DNA from: Candidatus Marinacidobacterales bacterium | Lineage (GTDB): Bacteria > Acidobacteriota > Vicinamibacteria > Marinacidobacterales > DATDRI01 | Length of the DNA: 64,000 nt | NCBI GenBank assembly: GCA_965197825.1 | Contig: CBDANW010000002.1 | Location: 873,738-937,737 of the forward strand | Reading direction: 5' to 3' | Shown: positions 38,498-48,123 of the stretch, in pieces | How the letters are laid out: each line of letters opens with the position of its first letter | How positions within the stretch are numbered: the first letter of the stretch is position 1 | Translations under genes and position numbers: made by a program | Notes under the pieces: model-generated | Database searches by the model: none | Seen by the model: the letters and a program-made list of their open reading frames with translations, nothing else | Told to the model about the DNA's origin: nothing

Positions 38498-40006
38498 GTG
38501 GTTCGCATAAAAAACGAACACGACCTCGAAACACTCCGCCAGATAGCTCTCCTCGTTGATAACGAGAACCAGCGCCTCGTCAATGAAAACGTTCGTCTGC
38601 GAGTGGAACTGGCGAGACTCCATGGTGTGCCGGAAACGGAGCAACTTGAACTGTCGGTTCTCAAGCAACTACAGGAAAAGCGAGAGAGCATTTTCCGCAT
38701 CGACGAAAAGCGGACCCGGAAGAAAACGAAGGCTAAAAAGAACAAGAAGAAAGGGCACGGCCCGCGCGAACAGCCTCATCTTCCCGTGGTCGACAAAGTA
38801 ATCGAACTCGCCGAGACAGAGAAAAAGTGCTCGGTGTGCGACGGCGAGATGGCGGGTCAATACGAGGAATCGGAAGTGGTGACGGTGGTGAAGCGGAGCT
38901 TCGTCATCGAACGGCATTTGCGGAAAAAGTACCGCTGCCGATGTAACGCGAACGTCGTCACCGCACCGGCGGCGACGAAGCTTCAGCCCGGAGGCCGCTA
39001 CTCGGTGGAGTTCGCGACCGAAGTGGCCATCAGCAAGTACCTGGACCATATGCCTCTCGAGCGCCAGGTTCGGATGATGCGCCGCGAAGGGCTAGATATC
39101 GACAGCCAGACGCTGTGGGACCAGCTGAACGTACTGGCACGTCATCTGAATCCGGTGTACGACGCTCTGGGAGAGAAGGTTTTGGAGTCACCCGTCATCC
39201 ACGCCGACGAAACGCGGTGGCCTCTGATGGGCTCGATGAAGAAGTCGGCGGGCACGGTGTGGGGCGTTTCGAGTCCGGACATCGCGTACTACCGAATGCT
39301 GCCGACGAAATCGACGGAAGATGGCCAAAAGGTGCTGGGGACCTACTCCGGCATCGCGGTTGTGGACGGCTACGCGGTGTACGAGGTGCTAGCTCGTGCC
39401 GGTCCAGACGGCTACGCGGCTCGTGCCGGTCCACAGTTTCGTCTCGCCCACTGCTGGGCGCACGTGAAAAGAAAGTTCGACGAAGCCAGCGAGCACTACC
39501 CGCAAGCTTGCTCCGAAGTGCTTCGTTTGATCGGAGAGCTGTACGAAGTCGAACGCGAGGTCCCGGGTCCGTTTCCCGGCGATGAAAAAGCTCAGAAACT
39601 GAGACTTCGTTTACGCAAGCAACGTTCGCAGCGGATCTTGAAAGCGATTCGGCAATGGGGCGAGAGCCAAAGAAGATTGCCGCGAAGCGACTTCGGCAAG
39701 GCGGTCCGCTACATGCTGGAGAGATGGGAGACACTCACGCTGTTCGCCGAAAACCCTCTCGTCTGGCTTGACAACAATCACGCCGAGCGCGCCCTGAGGG
39801 AACCTGTCGTCGGTCGCAAAAATCACTACGGCAGTCGAACGAAACGCGGAACCGACGTCGCAGCGCTGTTCTACACCCTGTGCGAGACCGCGAAGCTTCA
39901 GAACGTCGACCCCAGGGCCTACATGCTCGAAGCGGCCTACGCCGCCATCAACCAGCCAGGAACCGTGTCACTCCCCGACGCCCTACGCGACAACTCCGCT
40001 GCGTAG
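38498..40006 (+). CDS. tnpC: IS66 transposase TnpC
   Basis: SKYLDHMPLERQ, HADET, VDGY, CWAHVKRKF, DNNHAERALR..VVGRKN. Confidence 0.95.
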   Translation: MVRIKNEHDLETLRQIALLVDNENQRLVNENVRLRVELARLHGVPETEQLELSVLKQLQEKRESIFRIDEKRTRKKTKAKKNKKKGHGPREQPHLPVVDKVIELAETEKKCSVCDGEMAGQYEESEVVTVVKRSFVIERHLRKKYRCRCNANVVTAPAATKLQPGGRYSVEFATEVAISKYLDHMPLERQVRMMRREGLDIDSQTLWDQLNVLARHLNPVYDALGEKVLESPVIHADETRWPLMGSMKKSAGTVWGVSSPDIAYYRMLPTKSTEDGQKVLGTYSGIAVVDGYAVYEVLARAGPDGYAARAGPQFRLAHCWAHVKRKFDEASEHYPQACSEVLRLIGELYEVEREVPGPFPGDEKAQKLRLRLRKQRSQRILKAIRQWGESQRRLPRSDFGKAVRYMLERWETLTLFAENPLVWLDNNHAERALREPVVGRKNHYGSRTKRGTDVAALFYTLCETAKLQNVDPRAYMLEAAYAAINQPGTVSLPDALRDNSAA

Positions 40007-40011
40007 CTTAC

Positions 40012-40761
40012 CGCCAGAGATCCTGCGGATCGAAGCTGTCGAACGCCGAGTAGGGCAAGGTCTGACCGGTCTTGTCGGCGCCATCCCGAAAGACGACGAC
40101 GCGGTGCAGGTTGTCGCCGTCCGGGGTGGTCGACCACTCGAAGCCGGTCATGGCGGTGAAGCGGCCAGGCTCATTGTAGGTGTCCGCCTTCTGCACGAAA
40201 TCCGACCAGATGCTCCGTGCCGCCTCGTCGGAGCTGAAGGGATTGATCCCCTTGACGCCGGCCTCGATGATGTTGCCGAAGGCCTCCATCCGCCCCTCCG
40301 CGCCCGCGTTGAAGCGTTCGTGTACCCACTTTCCCCAGGAGATCCGCCAGGAAAGAGGGATTCGATTCGTGGATCATCGGCGCCAACCCGATCAACTCGG
40401 CATGGTCGGTAATCACGAGGAAGTCCAGCGGCCGGATGAGCTGCACCGGCTGACCGGTGTTCGATATGACCTTCTCGCCACGAGCGAAGCGATACCCCTC
40501 GTCCACCCCCAGGGTCGTCCCCACCAACCCGGCGTCGAACGAGAGATTGGTGTGGAAGTGCGTGTCCCCGAAGAAGACCTGGTCGGGATAATTCCTGCCG
40601 ACATACGGAGAGTAGACCCTCTCCTCGGCGAAGTCGTCCTCGGTGACGTGGTAGGACTCGGGTTCCTGGGCAGACAGCGGCCCGGGATTCACTGAAAGAC
40701 CGAAGACGGCCAGACCGAAGAACGAACCGAGGATTGCGGTGTGCTTCTTCATCCGATTCAT
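40012..40761 (-). pseudogene. DUF3604-domain secreted protein, N-terminal part, truncated at the IS66 right end and frameshifted
   Basis: FFGDTHFHT..SFDA, YRFARGE, PLDFLVITDHAE, PGRFTAMTGFEWS...NLHRVVVFRD. Confidence 0.85.
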
Positions 40762-40917
40762 GACTTCTCCTCCCTCAAATGTGCGGAAATGCTATCAACT
40801 TACGGCGCCGTTTCTCTATCCGTAAAACTACGGAATTTCCCAGCGCAGAATGACGGGAGCCCAGCCGGGCATCTATCCTAATTCGCTGAGCGGATGCGGT
40901 TTAAGGGCACGGGAGTT

Positions 40918-41382
40918 CTAACGCTTATCCCGAGCCGACGACCAGTACTTCACTCCCGTCACCTCGATGCGGATGATGAGCCGCCGGTCGATGGCCATCG
41001 TGCCGTATTGAGGGTACTTGCCGCGTAAGAGCTCGACCGCCCTCGCGTGCTCGCTGGCATAGCGTCCGCCCGGCTCGATGGCCTCCGCTCGCCCTCGGAC
41101 CAGCACGTAGCTCAACTGAGTCCAGTCTTCCGAGTAGTCGTCGATCACGAGGGAGACACGGGGGTTGGCTTCGATGTTTCTCAAGCGCTTGAGACGCCCC
41201 CAGGAAACCGTCTTGGGTTTTTCATCGATGGCCGAATAAAAGCGTTTGCCGTCGAAGGCGTAGCAGATGGGCACCACCGTAGGTTGCCCCGAGGCGTCGG
41301 CGGTGGCCAGTCGCGCGACGCGATGGGAGTCGATGAACTTGTGGGTCGGTTCGTCTACTTCCTGCAAGGGCTCCAGGATCAA
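40918..41382 (-). CDS. PPOX-class putative F420-dependent oxidoreductase (TIGR03668-like)
   Basis: VARLATAD..GQP.VVPICYA...IDEKPK...LKRLRNI.ANPRVSL.IDDYSEDW. Confidence 0.85.
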   Translation of the reverse strand: MILEPLQEVDEPTHKFIDSHRVARLATADASGQPTVVPICYAFDGKRFYSAIDEKPKTVSWGRLKRLRNIEANPRVSLVIDDYSEDWTQLSYVLVRGRAEAIEPGGRYASEHARAVELLRGKYPQYGTMAIDRRLIIRIEVTGVKYWSSARDKR

Positions 41383-41620
41383 AACAACATCAGCCGGCTC
41401 AGCCCGCTAACTGCGCCCAAACCACTTAGCAGCCTCTCCGTTGTCGCCATTCTCTATGGCCTACGACGTCGTCCGTTTGAGAGTGTGCGCCCGATCATGG
41501 GACCCCGATTCGAGGCATTCTAGAGTGCCCGACGAGCCAGTTCAAGGAGCCGTCCCCCCGCACGCGGAGGCCAGTTGAGCGAGAGGCCCAGCCGCACTAT
41601 CCTTCCGGGCGGGAATAACC

Positions 41621-42472
41621 ATGGGCCAGGAAAAGCTCTCCGTCATCATCCCCACGTACAACCGCCAGGGGCTGCTTCCGCGGGCCCTCTGCTCCGTCCT
41701 TGACCAGTCCCGCCCGCCGGCCGAGGTCATCGTCGTGGATGACGGCTCGACGGATGGCACCGAGCGGCTTATGCGAAGCGAGTTTCCGGGAGTCAGGTAC
41801 TTCCGGCAGGAGAACCAGGGGGTCGCGGCGGCTCGAAACCACGGGATCCGGGAAGCCCGGGGAGAGTGGCTGGCGTTTCTGGATTCCGATGACAAGTGGC
41901 TCCCCCGGAAGCTGGAGCGTCAGCTCGAAGCCCTTCGCAGAGAGCGCGAATTCTTGCTGTGCCACACGAACGAGATCTGGATGCGGCGCGGGAAGCGAGT
42001 GAACCCGATGAGAAAACATGCAAAGTCGGGTGGCTATATCTTCAAGAAGTGTCTTCCGCTTTGCGTCGTCTCCCCTTCGTCGGTCGTTATCCATCGCCGC
42101 CTCTTCGAGCGGGTCGGTCTCTTCGACGAGTCCCTGCCTGCCTGTGAAGACTACGATCTCTGGCTGCGCGTCTCCTCGGTCTTTCCCGTCCTCTACTTGG
42201 AAGAACCTCTTATGGTGAAATACGGCGGGCATCCCGATCAGCTCTCTCGCCGATACTGGGGAATGGATCGGTTCCGCATTCAGGCTCTGGAAAAGGTGCT
42301 GGGGTCCGGAACGTTGTCTCCAAAAGATCAACGGGCCGCGTTGAACGAATTGCTCGACAAGATCGAGGTCTATCTCTCCGGGGCTCGCAAACGAGGAAAG
42401 TTGGACGAGGCGGCCGCGTATCAGAGCAAACGGGACGACTACATGAAACTCCTCCACGGAAAAGCCTCATGA
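41621..42472 (+). CDS. Glycosyltransferase family 2
   Basis: VIIPTYNR, VDDGSTD, GVAAARN, AFLDSDD, CEDYDLWLR. Confidence 0.92.
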   Translation: MGQEKLSVIIPTYNRQGLLPRALCSVLDQSRPPAEVIVVDDGSTDGTERLMRSEFPGVRYFRQENQGVAAARNHGIREARGEWLAFLDSDDKWLPRKLERQLEALRREREFLLCHTNEIWMRRGKRVNPMRKHAKSGGYIFKKCLPLCVVSPSSVVIHRRLFERVGLFDESLPACEDYDLWLRVSSVFPVLYLEEPLMVKYGGHPDQLSRRYWGMDRFRIQALEKVLGSGTLSPKDQRAALNELLDKIEVYLSGARKRGKLDEAAAYQSKRDDYMKLLHGKAS

Positions 42473-43284
42473 TTCGTTTGGTGGTCGCGCTCCCCGCAGA
42501 AGCCAAGCCTCTCACCTCTCATTTCAAGCTCAAGCCGGTCCGCGAGGCCCGCGGCTTCAAGATCTACCAGAAGGACGGCACAGCGCTCATCGTTTCGGGA
42601 GTCGGTAAGGCCGCGGCGGCAGCGGCCACCGCCTATCTACAGGCATGGACCGGCAACCAACCGAATGGAGCCTGGATTAATGTGGGCATGGCGGGGCACC
42701 GGGATTTCTTGCTCGGAGAAGGCATTCTGGCGGAGCGGATCACGGATCGGGCCACGGGAGAAACCTGGTACCCCCCACCCGTCATCGAAGTCCCCTCGCC
42801 ACGCGCGCCCGTTCTGACGGTGGACAAGGTGGAAGAAGACTTCGCGGAAGACTGGGTCTTCGAAATGGAAGCGGCGGGCTACTACCAGACCGCATGCCGC
42901 TTCGCGACCGCGGAGCTGGTCCAGTGCTATAAGATCGTCTCCGACAACGGGAGCGTGCCTCCCCGTTGGTTATCGACTGGCCAGGTGGACGAGCTGTTCG
43001 AGAGCCGTTTTCCGGAGATCGACGCCGTGGTGCAGGGAACCGCCGAGCTCGCCGGCGAGTTGGCCGCTCTGAGCAAGGATCCTCCCGAGCTCAGAAACCT
43101 GCTGGACCGGTGGCACTTCACGGTGACCGAAACGCGCCGCCTGCATCGGTTGTTGCAGCGCTGGCAAGCGCTCGCTCCCGAAAAAGAACTCTTCGATCCC
43201 GAGCTCGCGCGGCGGAAATCCGGCAAAGAGGTGCTTCGCGTCATCCAGGCTCGGCTCGAATCGCTCCCGGTGAGACTCACCTAA
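42469..43284 (+). CDS. Nucleoside phosphorylase / MTA-SAH nucleosidase-like protein
   Basis: VVALPAEA, SGVGK..AA, INVGMAG, FEMEAAG, KIVSD. Confidence 0.8.
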   Translation: MIRLVVALPAEAKPLTSHFKLKPVREARGFKIYQKDGTALIVSGVGKAAAAAATAYLQAWTGNQPNGAWINVGMAGHRDFLLGEGILAERITDRATGETWYPPPVIEVPSPRAPVLTVDKVEEDFAEDWVFEMEAAGYYQTACRFATAELVQCYKIVSDNGSVPPRWLSTGQVDELFESRFPEIDAVVQGTAELAGELAALSKDPPELRNLLDRWHFTVTETRRLHRLLQRWQALAPEKELFDPELARRKSGKEVLRVIQARLESLPVRLT

Positions 43285-43285
43285 C

Positions 43286-44290
43286 GTGATCCACACCATC
43301 TATATCGAGGAAGACGTCGCCGAGCATCCGCGCTCGGAGCAAATCTGCTCTAGGTTCCCGAGCGCGGATCGAATCTTCATCCGCCGCTACGGGGAGATCT
43401 TCAATCGCAAGGGGCAGAGCTTCCGTTTGCAGAAGAAACGGCCGGCACTCATTCTGGCGCGAAAGTTCGGCCGCTTGGTTCTTCCCGCCCCCGACGGTTA
43501 CGGCGTGGGCGGTCGCCGGAACTTTTACTTCTCCCACATGCTCAACTGCATTTACGACTGCCGCTACTGTTTCCTGCAGGGCATGTATCGCTCTGCCCAT
43601 TACGTGCTGTTCGTGAACTACGAAGACTTCGAAAAAGCCATCGAGGCCAAGCTCAAGGAATCACCCAGGAAAGAAGCGTATTTCTTCTCGGGCTACGACT
43701 GCGACAGCCTGGCCCTGGAGCCGGTCACGCGTTTCGTGGAAAGCATCTATCCCTTTTTCGCAAAGCATCCCAAAGCATGGCTCGAGCTCCGCACCAAGAG
43801 CATCCAGGTGAAGTCACTGCTCAAGGCCGATCCGTTGCCAAACTGCATCGTCGCCTTCAGCCTGACGCCAGAGCCTACCAGCTACGCGTTGGAGCATAAG
43901 GTGCCGCCGCTCCAGCAACGTCTGACCGCCATGGCGGCGCTCCAGGAACGCGGCTGGAAGCTCGGGCTGCGCTTCGACCCGATGATCCTCACCGAGGACT
44001 ACCACCGGCAATACCGGCGTCTCTTCGCCGAAGTCTTCGAGTGCCTTCGTGCCGATCGGCTTCACTCGGTGAGCCTGGGATCTTTCCGCCTGCCCCGTAC
44101 CTATTTCGATGACATGACTCGGCTCTATCCGGAGGAGCGATTGTTTGCCGGGCCCCTCGAAGTGAGAGGACACATGGTCTCTTACAAGAAGCAGGTGGAA
44201 GAAGAAATGATGAGCTTCTGCGTCCGCGAGCTACTGCCGTACATCAGCGAAGAGATCTTCTTCCCTGCCGAGATCGAAAAGATTAACTAA
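43286..44290 (+). CDS. Spore photoproduct lyase (SplB)-family radical SAM protein
   Basis: NCIYDCRYCFLQG (CxxxCxxC), ELRTKS, FSLTP, LRFDP. Confidence 0.85.
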   Translation: MIHTIYIEEDVAEHPRSEQICSRFPSADRIFIRRYGEIFNRKGQSFRLQKKRPALILARKFGRLVLPAPDGYGVGGRRNFYFSHMLNCIYDCRYCFLQGMYRSAHYVLFVNYEDFEKAIEAKLKESPRKEAYFFSGYDCDSLALEPVTRFVESIYPFFAKHPKAWLELRTKSIQVKSLLKADPLPNCIVAFSLTPEPTSYALEHKVPPLQQRLTAMAALQERGWKLGLRFDPMILTEDYHRQYRRLFAEVFECLRADRLHSVSLGSFRLPRTYFDDMTRLYPEERLFAGPLEVRGHMVSYKKQVEEEMMSFCVRELLPYISEEIFFPAEIEKIN

Positions 44291-44305
44291 CCGCGGAGGA
44301 TTTCC

Positions 44306-44932
44306 TTGCGATATCAATTCTTGATCGATACGTACCGTACCGAAATCGAAAAGGTCTTGAGTGCTTGGGCCATGTTCGACGACCGAGATTGCGAGAAGAG
44401 ACCGCATCCATCGGACAAACGGGGTAGGAGCTTCTTGGAGCACATGGTTCACCAGAACGTGAGCGAGAATCTCTGGTTCTCGACCATGCTCGGCATTTCC
44501 GTGACCGACCAACCGCTTCCCGCCCAAGAGACGCGCCTGTCCTTCATGGCGTTCTACGCGGAAAACGCGGGAAAGCGCCTCGCCGCCCTAGCGGAAAAGG
44601 ACGACGGCTGGTGGGAAGAAACCGTGGATTTCTTCGAGGTAAAGCGGACGCGGGCCTGGGTGATGACCCGACGTATCGCTCACACCGCCCATCACCGCGG
44701 CCAGCAGACGACACTACTGCGGATGTTCAATCATGCTCTCCACAGCACGTACGGGCCCAGTGCGGACACCGGAGGATTGATGCAGAACCAGGCTCCGGTG
44801 ATCTACGCCTACCCGGATACCGGCACGTTGCTCAAAGAAGAGACGGGTCAGCGCAACAAGACACCGTTGCCCGGCCCGGGCGACAAACCGCCCACGGAAC
44901 GACCGGCGTCTGACCGGCGTCTGACCAAGTAG
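44306..44932 (+). CDS. DinB family protein
   Basis: EHMVH...RRIAHTAHHRGQ His triad; GGAGG RBS. Confidence 0.88.
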   Translation: MRYQFLIDTYRTEIEKVLSAWAMFDDRDCEKRPHPSDKRGRSFLEHMVHQNVSENLWFSTMLGISVTDQPLPAQETRLSFMAFYAENAGKRLAALAEKDDGWWEETVDFFEVKRTRAWVMTRRIAHTAHHRGQQTTLLRMFNHALHSTYGPSADTGGLMQNQAPVIYAYPDTGTLLKEETGQRNKTPLPGPGDKPPTERPASDRRLTK

Positions 44933-45096
44933 ATTCGTGGCAACTTCGTTCATTGACGCCTGAGGAGAGTCGAGCGGCGTCTCACCGGCGTCTGACCACG
45001 CTGACTCGTGACACCTCCGCGAATTGACGCCAGAAGCGTAGCCCTTTGCGTCTGACCAAGCTGACTCGTAAGCAACTTCGTCTATTGACGCCAGAA
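44904..45096. repeat. Three degenerate copies of a ~45-57 bp palindromic-ended repeat between convergent genes
   Basis: Core GCGTCTGACCA..(C)TGACTCGT..CA.CT.CG...ATTGACGCC at 44904-44960, 44975-45031 and 45048-45092. Confidence 0.8.
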
Positions 45097-45118
45097 TTCA
45101 CTCGTTTGGAGCGCCAAT

Positions 45119-46589
45119 CTATTGTGGTTGGCGATTTCGAAACCGCTGTTGCACTCGCTCGATCTCTTCTTCATCGATGAAGCCGTCACCATTGAAGTCC
45201 ATGCGGTCGAAGGATCTTTCCATCGCTCCGGCGCCTCCTCACGACTGATGCGACCGTCACCGTCGGCGTCGGCCGCAAAGAGTCGGCTCATCATGCCGCC
45301 CCGTCCGCGTTGCGACAGTTGCTTCAGCTCCTCCTCATCGATCACGCCGTCTTGATTCGCATCGACCCGATCGAACCGGCCCTGCATTTGTTCCGGTAGC
45401 TCCTCTCGAACAAGCCGTCCATCCCCGTCCGCGTCGTTTTCCAAAAGCCGCCGTACTGTGCCCGTCATGCCGGCCCCGGAAATCCTACGCCCACCGTCGG
45501 GGTCGCGCGCGAGCCAAAATCGGTAGCGCTGCGTGACCGGTACGCAGAAGGTCTCGGCATCATCGCAGGCAAAGTAGTAGACCGAAGCCGTGAGTGATTG
45601 GTTGGTGTCTTCCGCGCTCACGTCGACGAGAAATTCGCGGGGATCGGCATCCGACTTGGCGGCCACTTTAGGACCCTCACCGTTGCTCGGTTTTGCGGTG
45701 ACCGTGTCGGGGGCATCCAGGTCAAAGCGCACGGGCGCGACCTCGTTGTTCCAATGGACCTTGTACAGCGGGTCGAGAAAAAGCCAAGGTAGAGCTTGCC
45801 CTTTCCCTCTTGAAGGAGGCTTCGCTCCGCCTCGACACGGAGCTTTGCGTAGAAGGGCGTCTCCTTTTCATCGGGGATGGGCTCGGACTTCAAGGGGATC
45901 ATGCCCCAGGGAACTTCCAAGCGGGGCACGACGCCCGTGGGGGCCCGTTCCGGCGGCGGGGGGCTGGGGAGGTTCAGGTCCGAGACCTGTGTCCTGGACT
46001 CTGCCGGCCCCACCAGACGGGCCAGGTCTTGTCGCAGGGCCGCGGGATCGCTCCAACGCCGCCTCACCACCAGACGCCCCTCGGGATCGAAAATGAACTC
46101 GGAGTTGGGTGCATCACCGAGAGCATGCTTCGCTTCGTTCGCCATCGTGTCGCAGGGCCAGGTGACCTCCGATCCGAGCTTGTGTTGTGCCTCCGCCACG
46201 TGCATCAGACGCTCCTCGAGGGTAAAGGGGGTGATGTAGCCGTCCAGCTCGGGATGGGCCAGAGCCTTATAGATGTAGTAGAAGCGCACGCCCTTCGGCG
46301 CGTAGTCGCGATACACCGTCTCCAAACTGGGGACGTTTCTAAGGAAGGGCGGTCACGTGAGGCAGCCGAAAACGAGGACCGTGTAGGTACCTTTCAGGGA
46401 GCGGAGCTCGAAAGGCTTGCCATCCGCGGCGTAGAGTGAGATGTCCGGAACGAGCTCCCCCACCTCTGGCAACGCGGAGCCGAAGCCTCGGCCGCCTTGC
46501 TGCAACGCGGCACTCTCTCGTGGTTGCAAAACCATTGCACTCACCGTCATCCAGAGACCGAGGACCACGATGAGACCAGCTCTCTTCAT
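45119..46589 (-). CDS. Exported selenoprotein: deiodinase/peroxiredoxin-like thioredoxin fold (CxxU), DsbD-N-like domain and four EF-hands; frameshifts near 45780 and 45225
   Basis: VLVFGCLT-TGA(46355-46353)-PPFLRN reads in frame into ORF 45618..46325; later YFACDDAETFC and DxDGDG repeats. Confidence 0.85.
46317..46335 (-). promoter_or_regulatory. Candidate bacterial SECIS element
   Basis: Minus strand CGTCCCCA-GTT-TGGAGACG hairpin; the G-initiated apical loop begins 25 nt after the UGA. Confidence 0.65.
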
Positions 46590-46684
46590 GACCGGTGCTC
46601 CTCTCTAGCCGGCAGGCTATAGTTGAATTCTACACGCAAGGAAGAAAGGATCCCGTCAGTATTTTGTAAAGAATTTGTAAAGGG

Positions 46685-48091
46685 CTAGGAGTCCTTCTTG
46701 CGTCCGACCATGTTCTCCGGTCGGACCCACTCGTCGAACTGCTCGGCCGTGACAAGCCCCAACTCGAGCGCCGCTTCGCGGAGCGTGGTCCCCTTCTCGT
46801 GCGCCAGCTTGGCGATCTTGGCCGACTTGTCGTAGCCGATATGAGGGTTCAATGCCGTTACCAGCATCAAGGAGTTCTCCAAGTTGTGCTGAATCTTGTC
46901 GCGGTTGGCCTCGATACCGATGACGCAGTTCGTACGGAAACTGTCGCAGCCATCGGCGATCAGGCGGGTGCTCTGTAGAACATTGTGGGCGATGAGCGGC
47001 TTGAAAACGTTGAGCTCGAAATTCCCAGAGGCGCCGCCGATATTTACCGCCACATCGTTGCCGAACACTTGCCCGGCTAGCATGGTCAGCGCCTCGGACT
47101 GCGTGGGATTGACCTTACCCGGCATGATGGAGCTTCCCGGCTCGTTGGCCGGAATGACGATCTCGGAGATGCCGCTGCGCGGCCCGCAGGCCAGCCAACG
47201 CACGTCGTTGGCGATCCTCATAAGCGAAGCGGCGACCGTTTTCAAGGCTCCATGACCGTGCACCATGGCGTCGTGGGCAGCCAGGGCTTCGAACTTGTTG
47301 GGAGCCGTGACGAACGGATGCCCACTCAGCTCGGCTATCTTCTTCGCCGATCGGACGGCGAACTCGGGATGTGCGTTGATCCCGGTTCCCACCGCCGTCC
47401 CACCGAGAGCCAATTCATAAAGATGAGGAAGAGTCGCTTCGAGATGCTGGACGCCGTGGTCGAGCTGACTCGCGTAGCCTGAAAATTCCTGCCCTAGCGT
47501 GAGTGGCGTCGCATCTTGCAGGTGCGTGCGTCCGATCTTCACGATGTCGCGAAAGGCCTCGGCTTTCTCCGCCAGCGCATTGCGGAGGGCAGCCACGGAA
47601 GGAATGACCCGCGACCTCAGGGCTTCGACCGCAGCCACGTGCATGGCGGTCGGGTAGACGTCGTTCGAGGATTGGCTCTTGTTCACATCGTCGTTCGGAT
47701 GAACCAGCCGTTCCTGGCCCCGCGCGCCGCCCAAAATCTCGCTGGCCCGGTTGGCGAGCACCTCATTGGCGTTCATGTTCGTCTGGGTGCCGCTCCCCGT
47801 CTGCCACACGACGAGTGGAAACTCTTCCCCGTGTTGGCCATTCAACACTTCATCCGCAGCGGCCACGATGGCCTTGCCCTTCTTCTCATCCAGCACGCCG
47901 AGCTCCATATTGACCAGGGCAGCCGCCTTCTTCACGAGAACCAGGGCATGGATGAGAGAAGGCGGCATCTTCTCGGAAGAGATCTTGAAGTTCATCAAGG
48001 AACGCTGGGTCTGCGCTCCCCAGAGCCGCTCGGACGGCACTTCGATGAGGCCCAAGCTATCGCGCTCGGTTCGTGTCATAGTGGAAGTCAT
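46685..48091 (-). CDS. fumC: Class II fumarate hydratase
   Basis: [50 protein letters not shown]. Start moved to ATG 48091. Confidence 0.98.
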   Translation of the reverse strand: MTSTMTRTERDSLGLIEVPSERLWGAQTQRSLMNFKISSEKMPPSLIHALVLVKKAAALVNMELGVLDEKKGKAIVAAADEVLNGQHGEEFPLVVWQTGSGTQTNMNANEVLANRASEILGGARGQERLVHPNDDVNKSQSSNDVYPTAMHVAAVEALRSRVIPSVAALRNALAEKAEAFRDIVKIGRTHLQDATPLTLGQEFSGYASQLDHGVQHLEATLPHLYELALGGTAVGTGINAHPEFAVRSAKKIAELSGHPFVTAPNKFEALAAHDAMVHGHGALKTVAASLMRIANDVRWLACGPRSGISEIVIPANEPGSSIMPGKVNPTQSEALTMLAGQVFGNDVAVNIGGASGNFELNVFKPLIAHNVLQSTRLIADGCDSFRTNCVIGIEANRDKIQHNLENSLMLVTALNPHIGYDKSAKIAKLAHEKGTTLREAALELGLVTAEQFDEWVRPENMVGRKKDS

Positions 48092-48123
48092 TCTATCGTC
48101 TCTTTCCTCTGGCTCCGACCGGA

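Larger units (their letters stand above)
37683..40011 (+). mobile_element. IS66-family insertion sequence (tnpA-tnpB-tnpC)
   Basis: GTAA at 37683 and TTAC at 40008-40011; three-gene layout; no target duplication visible. Confidence 0.9.

Noticed and set aside
44904..45096. CRISPR array or integron attC array
   Set aside because: Only three divergent units with ~15-nt gaps, no cas or intI gene, and no RYYYAAC...GTTRRRY cores.
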